Shown in pieces: positions 1 to 11,170 of a DNA stretch of 64,000 nt. The position numbers and the translations under genes were made by a program. Origin of the DNA: Mobula hypostoma (Eukaryota); the NCBI RefSeq assembly GCF_963921235.1, contig NC_086124.1, positions 15,624,001 through 15,688,000 on the forward strand, in the 5' to 3' direction. The notes beneath the pieces were generated by a model, which saw nothing but the letters and a program-made list of their open reading frames with translations, was not told the origin of the DNA and searched no databases. Each line of letters starts with the position of its first letter. The first letter of the stretch is position 1.

Positions 1-88
1 CACCCCTTACCGCCTCTCTGCCTTTCTCGGGCAGGTCGGGGCGCTGCGTATAAAAGGAGGCAGCAGCAGTCGGTTCGTCACTGAGTGA

Positions 89-409
<321 letters not shown>

Positions 410-438
410 GGAACTCCTGATTCTGAACACAACACAAA

Positions 439-454
439 GGCTCTTTTAAGAGCC
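439..454 (+). terminator. Histone 3' stem-loop (H4 U1) with purine-rich HDE downstream
   Basis: AAA-GGCTCT TTTA AGAGCC-ACCCA, then CAGAGAGAGAGCAG. Same element at 17166-17181, 27026-27041, 44420-44435. Confidence 0.97.
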
Positions 455-1039
455 ACCCACCACCTCAGAGAGAGAGAGCAGTGACCCGGAGCAGAAATAG
501 ATGATAAACAGAATCGTTTATTGGAGAACACACCCTTTCTGTGTTTATCCGTACTTTCATTATTCCAGTAGCTAGAGTTTAGAAAATGCAAATGCAATTA
601 AAGTTATAATACTTTATAACTGTTCCGTAAAAGTAACTCTCTCAAAGTAATATTCCCAGGAAGGTTATTTATAAAGAAAACTAACGGCCAATCATTTCGA
701 CCCGTCTGAATTCCGACCGCCAGTCACACATCGGTATCGGGGTACAGATGATTTTAAACCCGACGGGCGGCTGCTTGAATTCGATAACGGATATGAAGCC
801 GATCGCAGCGCTGGGGCCCTAGACGCGATCGGAGCGGACATTCAACTCCCAGCAGTCGGCGGACTTCCCCGCTCCGACATTTCAGACTGTGCACCCACCG
901 TTAACCCTTTCGTTTTGCACCAGTAAGGAATTTCAATGCACCCTGCTTGCCAATTAGTACAACAATCTAATCCGGACAAGAGCCCTTTCCCCCGCGCTTA
1001 AGGTATCCACAGAGCAGCCCTTTCACAGACACTGTGAGT

Positions 1040-1055
1040 GGCTCTGAAAAGAGCC
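1040..1055 (-). terminator. Histone 3' stem-loop (H2A U1) with HDE
   Basis: Minus strand GGCTCT TTTC AGAGCC; HDE AAAGGGCTG at 1015-1023. Copies at 17773-17788, 27619-27634, 44944-44959. Confidence 0.97.
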
Positions 1056-1085
1056 TTTGGGTCACTGGGTTCAGATCAGGTCACT

Positions 1086-1714
<629 letters not shown>

Positions 1715-1949
1715 AATCCTTTGTTTAATGCTCATCTAGAATGAAATTATTGCATGTCTGTTTGTCGGCTTGATTTCCACATTCACTAATCACTGGAGTC
1801 CACCACATTTAATGGAAGTGTAGCTACTATTGCAACACTGGCTGGGGATTTAATTCACCGATTTCTTTAAACTAAGAAACGCTCAGAACAAAACCCGCTT
1901 CTCAGCTTCTGTTCGCCGTTTGCCATTGTTCGCGCATCAGGTTATGGAC

Positions 1950-2021
1950 CAAGCAACACTCACAACACGCTGGAGGAACTCAGTAGGTCGGACAGCATCC
2001 GTGGAAACGTCGACTCACCGT
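1950..2021. mobile_element. Short Penelope-like terminal fragment, U1-specific
   Basis: AAGCAACACTCACAACACGCTGGAGGAACTCAG...GCATC resembles the inserts at 6666, 9087 and 23296; replaces ~840 bp present in U2-U4. Confidence 0.6.
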
Positions 2022-3190
2022 TTCAGATAATGGAATTGATGGATTTTTGCCAAGTTTGTAGATGATACAAAGATAGGTGAGGGAGCAAGTATCGCTGTAG
2101 AAGCAGGTAATCTGCACAAGGACTAAACAGATTAGGAGAATGGTTAAGAAATGGCAGATGGAATACAGGGTTGGGAATTGTATGGCTATGTACTTTATAG
2201 AAGAAATAAAAATGTACACTAATTCTAATTGGAGAAAACATTCAAAAAATGCGAGGTACAGAGGAACTTAGGAGTTCTTACGCAGGATCCACTAAAGGTT
2301 AATTTGCTTGTTGAGTCGGTAGTGAGGAAGCCAAATGCAATGTGAGCATTCATTTCAATAGGACTAGGATTTAAAAGCAAGGGTGTAATGTTTAGGTTTT
2401 AAAGACATCCGTTAGTCTCATGAGACCATGGATTTGCACCTTGGAAGTTTCCAGGGTGCAGGCCTGAGCAAGGTTGTATGGAAGACTGGCAGTTGCCCAT
2501 GCTGCAGGTCTCCCCTCTCCATGCCGCCGATGTTGTCCAAGGGAAGGGCACTAGGGCTGATACAGCTTCCAATACACTGGTGTCGTCGCAGAGCAATGTG
2601 TGGTTAAGTGCAAGGACACAACATGCTGCCTCAGCTGAGGCTTGTACTAGCAACCTTCAGATCACTAGACCGATGCCTTCACCACTTGGCCACGCTCCAA
2701 CATTGAGGTTTTATAAGGCACTGATAAGGCCTCATTTGGAGTAGTGAGCATTTTGGGGCCTCTTATCTGAGACAGGATGTGCTGACATTGTGGAGCTATC
2801 AAAGGAAGTTCATGAAATCAAGTCTGGGATAGAAAGGATTGGCATTTGAAGAGTTTTTGATTCCTCTGGGCAAATGTAGAAAGGCTTCCATAGAGTGGAT
2901 GTGTAGATAATATTTCCTGTGCTGTGGGAGTCTGACACCAGAAGTCACAACCTCAAAATAGAGGGATATCCATTTAAAACAGAAATGAAAGGGAATTTCT
3001 TTAGCTAGAGACTGGAGAATCTGTAGAATTCATTGCCATTGATGGTCAAGTGATTGGGTATATTTAAGGTAGAGCTTGATAGTTACTTGATTGGTCAGGG
3101 TCTGATGTTTACGGGGAGAAGGCAGGAGAGGGAAATAGATCAACCATAATGAAATGGTGGAGCAGAATCGATGATCTTTATCTGTTCCTA
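2022..3190 (+). mobile_element. Decayed CR1-like LINE RT/3' fragment, interrupted by a SINE
   Basis: Degenerate FVDDTKIG, WQMEY and F...LENLWNSLP motifs. Longer version in U2 (~18700-20300; ORF 18820 LKGLKIDKSPG.IYPRVLKE), U3 (~28550) and U4 (~45850). Confidence 0.8.
2406..2700 (-). mobile_element. tRNA-derived SINE
   Basis: Minus-strand head with A-box TGGCCAAGTGG and B-box-like AGTTCAAGCC (clearer in U3/U4); sits between TGAGGTTTTA-like direct repeats in the CR1. Copies ~29750-30040 and ~47062-47360; truncated at ~19900-19980. Confidence 0.75.
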
Positions 3191-3652
3191 TGACTTATAA
3201 TTGCAACTTCCTCCCTTCTGAGCTCTCATCTCATCCAAAGTGAAGTCATCTTTTTCTAAATTCCATTCAATTCAGTCCCCACTTCAATTAAGTGTCTCAC
3301 AGTCCTTGCCAGATTGAGAGAACATGATCCTTAATTAAAACTTTTGCCTCTCTCTTACTTAGTGGGATATCAGTATTACAGCACTGCCCTGCATAGATTA
3401 TTAGTCAGCCTATTGACTACTTCACTTCCGACATGAATTGTGATCCAGAAAAGCAGACATACACTCCCCAATACTGCAGCTGTAATAATGTTTGCCTAAC
3501 TTCCAACAAAACACACGGACAATGACTGGACTCACAATCAGAATCAGAATCCTTTATTATCGCCAAGTATGTGGTTCATCGGGGCTGGGTTGGCATGTTT
3601 AAGAAAAGCTCAGTGAACAGTAACAGACAGCCCTTTCTACTGCTGTGTTGGT

Positions 3653-3668
3653 GGCTCTTAAAAGAGCC
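3653..3668 (-). terminator. Histone 3' stem-loop (H3 U1) with HDE
   Basis: Minus GGCTCT TTTA AGAGCC-ACCAA; HDE AAAGGGCTG 3628-3636. Copies at 20769-20784, 31865-31880, 48898-48913. Confidence 0.97.
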
Positions 3669-3697
3669 TTTTGTTGTGTTCGGTGTGGAGGTCGGAT

Positions 3698-4114
<417 letters not shown>

Positions 4115-4177
4115 TCAGCAGTCCAAAAGCAACTTCAAATACCGGGATCGGAATCGCGGAGCAGACGCAGGAACCAG

Positions 4178-4424
4178 TTTTTAAAGAGTTGATGATGGGC
4201 CGCCCCACTGTCTGATTGGTTGCAATGGAGATGTCCATTGCAGGCCCCAGCGTTGCGATTGGCTGCTTTCCATCACCAGTTTGAAGCTGGCCGGTGGTGG
4301 GGGTGGGGGAGATGGTGGGGAATATTACCCATGACCAAATATGGAAATTGGTGACTCAGGGTCGGAATTTAGCCAGTCTGACTGCAGTGATTGGATGCCG
4401 GTTCAGTTTCAAATCGCCCGCCAA
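4178..4424 (-). promoter_or_regulatory. H3 promoter: TATA-like element, two CCAAT boxes, upstream CDE/CHR
   Basis: Minus CTCTTTAAAA ~4180-4189; ATTGG at ~4215 and ~4258; GGCGG-N4-TTTGAA on minus at 4408-4422. Confidence 0.75.
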
Positions 4425-4956
4425 TTCCAAGAGCAAACAAAAGAAAATATTGTTTCAAGAGCAACCGGTTTTCTTACAATTAAAAGAATCACGAATTATC
4501 AAATTCTACCTTGATGTAAAACATCGATCATCTTCATTCAATTAGCTGAATCTGAATGTTTACGTTTTTACTGAATAGCTTTTCGCGGTGAGTGAATTCA
4601 GTGTTGCCGGAAACAGGAGGACACAGTGAGAAAACAGATTGATTTTAATTCACTGCTTTTACTAAATGGTTTTGTGGGAAAAGAGCCGCAAGGTTTTCAA
4701 AAGGACCACAGGAACCAACACCGAAATGAATTGCTGCTCAGTACAGTACATCTTCAAAACATTCATTACAACCAAATAAATTTTCAATCTCTTCACTCTC
4801 CAAAGTGCTGTTCAAAGACAAACCAACGGCACTGTCTCCTTTTATCACATCACCCTGACCTGCCCGGGAGAGACGGAGAGGGATGCAAAGAGACAGCTTC
4901 AGAGTAATTGAGCAGAGAGCCGTCTAATTTCCAGCTCTTTCGGTGGAGATGTGAGT

Positions 4957-4972
4957 GGCTCTTAGAAGAGCC
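4957..4972 (-). terminator. Histone 3' stem-loop (H1 U1) with HDE
   Basis: Minus GGCTCT TCTA AGAGCC-ACTCA; HDE AAAGAGCTG 4932-4940. Copies at 22079-22094 (loop variant), 33178-33193, 50212-50227. Confidence 0.95.
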
Positions 4973-5006
4973 GTTGGTCTCAGGTCTTTAAAATGTGTAT
5001 TTTTAT

Positions 5007-5639
5007 TTACTTTTTGGCAGTCGCCTTCTTGGCTTTCACGGATTTTGCCTTCGGTTTGGGTTTTGCCGACTTTTTGGGCGCCTTCGCCTTCGGGGCTGCG
5101 ATCTTCTTGGGGCTCTTGATCTTCTGCGCAGCCTTCTTGGCCGCTGGTTTCTTAGCTGCCGCTTTTTTAGCCGTCGGTTTCTTAACACTTCGTTTCTTGG
5201 CGGGAGATTTCTTAGCTGCTTTCTTGGCCGCAGTTTTCTTGATCGCTGGCTTCTTGATCTGAGATGTCTTCGCCGCTGGTTTCTTCGCTTTTTTCACGGT
5301 TTTCGCGCTACTGTCCTTTTTAGCGGCCTTCAAGGAGCCGGAGGCACCTGCGCCCTTGGTGTGAATCAGGGAGCCGCTTTCCAATTTCCTTTTAATGACC
5401 ATCTTGATCTGACTTTTGAGCTTTTCCACATCGACGCCGTTGGCAGCCAACTCTTTCTTTATCGCGACTATGGACACCCCTCGGGGACTGCGGCAATCCG
5501 CCACGATCTTGTCGATCTGTTCGCCCAGTTTGGGACCGGCTGGCTTGGTCCGGGCGGCTGCCTTCTTCTTCTTGGGAGCCTTGGTTGCAGCGGCAGGCGC
5601 CGCTGGAGGAGCGACTTCAGCAGCTGCTGTCTCGGTCAT
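5007..5639 (-). CDS. H1: Linker histone H1, 210 aa (U1)
   Basis: MTETAAAEVAP start, winged-helix globular domain (...TKGAGASGS), K/A/P-rich tail with SPKK/SPAK; stem-loop 3' end. Confidence 0.96.
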   Translation of the reverse strand: MTETAAAEVAPPAAPAAATKAPKKKKAAARTKPAGPKLGEQIDKIVADCRSPRGVSIVAIKKELAANGVDVEKLKSQIKMVIKRKLESGSLIHTKGAGASGSLKAAKKDSSAKTVKKAKKPAAKTSQIKKPAIKKTAAKKAAKKSPAKKRSVKKPTAKKAAAKKPAAKKAAQKIKSPKKIAAPKAKAPKKSAKPKPKAKSVKAKKATAKK

Positions 5640-5703
5640 GACGGTAACTCTGCACAAGCTCTCTCGAAACTCAAAAATGAAGCGAGAGGCGGCGGTGCAG
5701 CGT

Positions 5704-6127
5704 CTTTTAAAGGCAGCGAGCGGACGGGGCGGAGACACACTTTCGTCAGCTTCTGGCCACTGTCTCTCTGTGTTTTTTTCTCCTCAAAAACCCTCCGATT
5801 CCGATTAAAATAAGGCACCTCCATCACCCAGATCGCTCTGTGTCTGTGTCCGAGGCCGGATTCTTTGCTGTAAAACAAGTTTGGTCCGAATTAAAGGCAA
5901 CAGTTTTCATATAAATCCGTTTAACTGCTGCACCGACTTCGTTCTCTCCCGCGATCACCGGCATGTTCATCGTTTTCCGACTGAAATATTAAAACCAACA
6001 AAAAATACGGGCAATTCCCACTTCAGGATTGAGCTGGGGAGCTGGGCCATCTCGTGACAGGGAAATCTGTTCATTTTCCACAGGAGGGACGGCGAAATGC
6101 GGCGACGTGATCGGACTCACAAACACA
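5704..6127 (-). promoter_or_regulatory. H1 promoter: TATA-like element, GC box, H1/AC box, distal TG box
   Basis: Minus CCTTTAAAAG; GGGGCGG 5726-5732; AAACACA (minus) 5769-5775; inverted copy TGTGTTT (minus) 6121-6127. Confidence 0.8.
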
Positions 6128-6665
6128 GCCGGCATCGCATTCAAAGTGTCACTGATTTATCTGTTCTGTATTGCAATATTTAATTCACACACTTTGTTTA
6201 TTTAAATGTAATCCATCTATCGATTTTATCCTTAACACGCTAATTCGGAGAAAAGTTGTCTCGTTTGACGGTATACATGTATATTGTTAAATGACAATAA
6301 ACTTGATTTGTTTGACAGTGATACCAGTCTGAGCTGTCAGGTCCGTCTCTGACACACCGTTCATATCTGCACAAACTGTGGGCCCGGTGTACAGTTCCCA
6401 GCACAAGTTTTCCTCTCCGCTTCCGTGTTACCGCGTGTTACTTGTAGATTCCCAGCTCAGTAATATCTCCGTTTCTTTCTCTTATCTCTGGAGCCATACA
6501 TTTCTCCTTAGTAAACATTCATTACAAAAGTCACCCACCTCCTGGGGCTCAAGATCTCGGAAACCCTGCTAATCTCTAAGGGGACCGAATCTCTCCCTAT
6601 GAAGACAACAGGAGAACCTCTTCGGAGATTCCTGAACTTTACCTGCCAGATCCATCTCATACTCC

Positions 6666-6869
6666 AACAACAGGAATTCTGTAGATGCTGGAAATTCAAG
6701 AAACACACATCAAAGTTGCTGGTGAACGCAGCAAGCCAGGCAGCATCTCTAGGAAGAGGTACAGTCGACGTTTAAGGCTGAGACCCTTCATCAGGACTAA
6801 CTGAAGGAAGAGTTAGTAAGAGATTTGAAAGTAGGAGGGGGAGGGGTGATCCAAAATGATAGGAGAAGA
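6666..6869 (-). mobile_element. Penelope-like terminal fragment with mutated hammerhead motif, U1-specific
   Basis: TSD CATACTCC (6658-6665/6870-6877); empty site in U2-U4; minus AGTC-CTGATGA-AGGGTCTCAGCCT-TAAAC-GTC-GACT (core GAAA changed to TAAA). Confidence 0.8.
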
Positions 6870-7479
6870 CATACTCCCTCTCTTTGCCCTCCTGGTTTCC
6901 TTCCTCAGAGCATTCTCAATCTTTTTATAGCCAGAAAGAGATTGGTTTGATGTCAACCTCCCGAATGAAATGTATGATTTCTTTTCTCTTTTAAAACTGA
7001 ACCTCATTATCTCTCATTTGCCAAGGTTTCCCAAACCTGCCAGATTACCCTTCACACCAACGGGAACATTCTGTTCCCAGACACTTGCTGTGCCATTTAT
7101 AAACAAGTCCCACTTGCCATTCATTCATTTTCTTTCTTAGAGGCTCTCCAAATCAACCTTGGCTCGTAACTAATTCCCTCAACATTACCCTGCCCCAGTT
7201 TACAGCACTAACCTGTGGAGCTGACCGACTGTGTCCTTCCCATCACTCTCTTAAACTAACAGAAAGAATGAAAAAGGAACCTTGGTCAACTGTGGAAGTC
7301 AGCTGAGGAACGGCTGCGTTACTGAACATCCACACTCAGAAAAGACTTTAGAAAGAAGACAAGTTCTCAAAGGTTTGGTTCATCTTGTGACTGTACAGTG
7401 TCTGCACTTTGGATTTATTGAGATACAACACGGAAAAGGTCTCTACAGCCCCTTCAGCCATGCTGGCCAGCAATCCACC

Positions 7480-7625
7480 AGTTTAATCCCAGGCAATTTG
7501 TAATGGTTGATTAACTTCCCAACCAGTAGGTCTTTGGACTGTGGGAGGAAACCGGAGCACCAGAGAATGTATAAAATCCTCACTGGCAACAGCAGGAATT
7601 GAACCCTGGTCACCTGCAATTTTAA
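7480..7625 (-). mobile_element. V-SINE-like (HE1-type) core fragment
   Basis: Reverse complement TGCTCCGGTTTCCTCCCACAGTCCAAAGAC core; present in all units. Confidence 0.65.
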
Positions 7626-8129
7626 GCCTTTCCTTCCTGAAACTTCCACAATACTGGCATCACAGATGGACAGGATGGGGAAGAAAGTTTTTGGTACACT
7701 GGCCTCCATCAACAAAGATGATTAGCACAGGAGCTGGAATGTGATGTTCTTTTTGTGGAAGACATTGATGAATCCACACCCAGGATATTCTGTGCAGCTT
7801 TAGTCACCCTCATTAGAGCCACAGTGTAATTAATTTTAAAACAGTGCAAAAAAGGTTTAGAAGAGTAACGGTGGAAATTGAAAGTCTGAGTTACGTGATG
7901 GTGTTGGCTGTGTTGTCCGTGAACTTCAAGCAAAGACATTAAGACCTGTCAGATATAAGTAGCCATGAATATGCTCACTAAAGGGAGATAATACTGTCAT
8001 GACCCAATCTTCAGAGATTGGTTTATTCTCCATGGTGTTTCGCTGCCAATACAACCACTATTCGAATGGTGGGCCCCTCTCCCTACAAAGGAGAAGTTAC
8101 TTCCAGCTAACAAAGTGGTTTAAAGTAAT

Positions 8130-9020
8130 AAACACAAGAAATTCTGCAGATGCTGGAAATCCAAAATAACATACACAAAATGCTGGACGAACTAAACAAA
8201 TCAGGCAGTGTCCATGGAAAAGAACAAACAATCAATGTTTCACGCAGAGACCTTCTTCAGAACTGGAAAGGAATGGGAAAGATGTCAGAATAAGAAGGTG
8301 GGGGAATAAGAACATGATGTGAAGTCAGGTGGGTAGGAAAGGTCAGGGACTGGAGATGAAGCAATTTGATAGCACAGGAGAGGGGACCACAGGAAAAAAG
8401 GAAGGAGGGGGCTCCAGGGAGAGGTGATTGGTAGGTGAGAAGAGGCAAGAGGCCAGAGTGGAGAATAGAAGGGGAGATGGAGGGAATTTTTTTTTTACCA
8501 GAAGGGGAAATTGATATTCATGCCATGATTTTCGAGGCTACTCAGGTGGAATATAAGGAGTTGCTTCTCCACCCTAAGGGTGGCCTCATTGTGGCACAAG
8601 TGGAGGCCAGGGACCCAACATGTCAGAATGGGAATGGGAATAAGAAATTAAATTTTGGGCCATCAGTTTGTTCCACTTTTGGTGGATGGAGCAGAGATGC
8701 TCAATAAAGCAGTACCCCGATTTATGACAGGTGTCACCAATGTAGAGGAGGTTACATCGAGAGCATCGGATACAATAAACAAACCCAGTAGATTCTTAGG
8801 TGAAATGTTCCCTCAGCTGGAGGGACTCTTTGGGGTTCTGAATGGAGGTGAGCGAGGAGGCAGGTAGACAGGTGTAGCACTTTGGCCGCTTGATACATGC
8901 CAGAGGGGAGATTAGTTGGGGTGGATGAATGGACAAGGAAATTACCGGGATGTGGGGAGAAGTGTTGGGGGTGCGGTAGGAATGTAAAGTTCTGTTTGGT
9001 GGTAGGATCCCTTTGGAGGT
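8130..9020 (-). mobile_element. Old Penelope-like element 3' part (GIY-YIG remnant plus terminal repeat)
   Basis: U4 homolog ORF 53616-54056: CKWPKCYTC...CESTGFVYCIRCSGCSLLYIGDT; degenerate CTGAAGA..GAAAC motif near 8235-8260. Mostly deleted in U3 (junction ~36461). Confidence 0.8.
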
Positions 9021-9086
9021 GTAGTTTAAAGTAGTTTAAAACACATTTTTAAAAACTTAATCACTTAAACCCAAACAACACTCTCA

Positions 9087-9232
9087 CTCTTCCTTCAGTT
9101 AGTCCTGACGAAGGGTCTCGGCCTGAAACGTCGACTGCACCTCTTCCTACAGATGCTGCCTGGCCTGCTGCGTTCACCAGCAACTTTGATGTGTGTTGCT
9201 TGAATTTCCAGCATCTGCAGAATTCCTGTTTG
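9087..9232 (+). mobile_element. 146-bp Penelope-like insertion, U1-specific
   Basis: 11-bp TSD CAACACTCTCA (9076-9086/9233-9243); empty site in U2 and U4. Confidence 0.85.
9100..9137 (+). ncRNA. Minimal type I hammerhead ribozyme motif (Penelope-associated)
   Basis: TAGTC | CTGACGA | AGG-GTCTCGG-CCT | GAAAC GTC^ | GACTG: stem I AGTC/GACT, stem II AGG/CCT, palindromic ACGT stem III. Confidence 0.7.
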
Positions 9233-10328
9233 CAACACTCTCAAAACACATTAAAAAATCAAACAGTTTCTATCTTAAACATTTCCAAATTCTTGCAGAG
9301 GGTTTCTATCTTATCTTGAATTTTGAAACATTATACACTGAAACATTTCCCGGCCTCAGGTTTCCCATTCCCATTCACATTCTCACATAATCCTTGGACC
9401 ACACCATGTCACCCCCTCTGTAACCTTCCCATGCTGGAAAACTCCCACATTTCCTCCTTCCTATCTCTCTGGTCCCTTTCATATCCTCATATTACTGTTT
9501 TTAGATTGGTGGCCTCTGCCCAGTGGTGTGTTGCAGGGATCTGTGCTGGGTCTCCTATTGGTTGTCCTATCCAGTATATTGATGATCTGGATGAGATTAT
9601 AGGTGCATGATTAATAAGTTTCCAGATGACACCAACATTGATGGTATGATGGACAATGATGAAGGTTGTCTACTACAAGAGGACAGACATCAGTTGTGTA
9701 AATACACAAGGAAATGACAGCTGGAATTTAGTTCAGACAAATCCAAAGTGTAGACTTTTGGTCAGTTAAGCCAGGGCAGAAGATTACACAGTGAGAGGTA
9801 GTGCCCTGGAGGGCACTGCATAACTGCAGACTGGTGGGAAGAATTCCTAAAAGTGCATACGTAGGTCGACACGGTGGCAAAGAACTTGAATGACAAACTT
9901 GCCATCATTGGTTAGGGCAATGGTACAAGAGTCGGGATGTTGTATTACAACTGTTCAAGATGTTGGTAAGATTACTCTTGGCATATTGTGTGCAGTTCTG
10001 GTCACCGAGCTACAGGAACAATATGATTCAGCTGCAATTGCTGCAGAAAGCATTTTCCAACGATGTTACTGGAGGGCTGAAGTTACAAGGGGAGATGGAT
10101 AGGGTGGGACTGTTTGTTCTGGAGCACAGGGAGATAAGGGTGAATTTAAAGAGGTATATTAAATCCCTCTATAGCCTCACACTGTGTAACCTCCTTCCAT
10201 CCCCATGACCCTCTGAAATGTCTACTCTCCCATTTCAGTGGGCCATTTACATCGTTACTTCCCCCAGTCAGATTAGGGACCTGTGACCCATGGTGGGCTG
10301 CAGCGATCTGTGGTCTGCTGTTTGTCAT

Positions 10329-10760
10329 TTACACCACACGCTGCATCGGTAAAGCAAACAGCATTATGAAGGGCCCCACGCACCCCTCATACAAACTCTT
10401 CTCCCTCCTGCCACCTGGCAAAAGGCACCGAAGCATTCGGGCTCTCACGACCAGACTATGTAACAGTTTCTTTCCCCAAGCCATCAGACTTTTCAATACC
10501 CAGCATCTGGACTGACACCAACCTACTGCCCTCTACTGTGCCTATTGTCTTGTTTATTATTCATTATCATGCCTGCACTGTTTTGTGCACTTTATGCAGT
10601 CCTGGGTAGGTCTCTAGTCTAGTGTAGTTTTTGTGTTGTTTTACACAGTTCAGTGTAGTTTTTGTATTGTTTCATGTCACACCATGTTGTCTCATTTTTA
10701 CTGTGTACTGTGCCAGCAGTTATGGTCAAAATGACAATAAAAAGTGACTTGACTTGACTT
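10329..10760 (+). mobile_element. Rex1/Babar-like LINE 3' end with (TGACT)n tail
   Basis: U3 homolog ORF 37350: RCIGKANSIMKDPTHPSYKLFSLLPAGKRHRSI...CNSFFPQAIRLLN; absent in U4, which has ~600 bp of other sequence at 55270-55865. Confidence 0.75.
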
Positions 10761-11170
10761 AACATTGCATTTGTGTTCCTTAGCACCAACTGAACTTGCA
10801 AATTGACCTTTAGGGAACACTGAACAAGCACAAGGGCTCCCAAATCCCTCCGCACCTCTGATTTTTAAAAATTTTCTCCCCATTTAGAAGATTGTCTACA
10901 CCTTTGTTCCTTCTACCGAAGTGCATAACCATATACTTCCGGACACAATATTCCATTTGCAACTTCTTTGCCTAATCTCACAATGTTTCTAAGTCTTCTG
11001 CTCACTCGCACTTCTATACCTGTCCATCCAACCATCTTTGCATCATCTGCAATCTTGACCACAAAGACATCAACTCCAACAGCCAAATCATTGACATGTA
11101 ATGTGAAAAGAAGTCGTCCCAATGCCGACCCTTGTGGAACACCACTAGTCACCACCAGGCAATCTGAAAA
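10761..11170 (-). mobile_element. CR1-like RT fragment
   Basis: ORF 10913-11263: VTSGVPQGSALGRLLFTLHVNDL...IADDAK. Confidence 0.85.

Noticed and set aside
586-593. Perfect octamer ATGCAAAT downstream of H4
   Set aside because: Created by a small U1-only deletion; the other units read ATGCTAAAAAGAAATGC
2620-2700. tRNA gene
   Set aside because: A/B boxes belong to a SINE head; no convincing cloverleaf, and it continues into a SINE body
4292-4320. G-quadruplex upstream of H3
   Set aside because: Only three runs of three or more G, and they vary between units
5640-5738. N-terminal extensions of the H1 ORFs
   Set aside because: Non-ATG starts and different lengths in each unit; MTET/MTEI is the expected H1 start
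4995-5813. Long antisense ORFs over H1 (229-272 aa)
   Set aside because: Shadow of the Lys/Ala/Pro codon bias; no protein features
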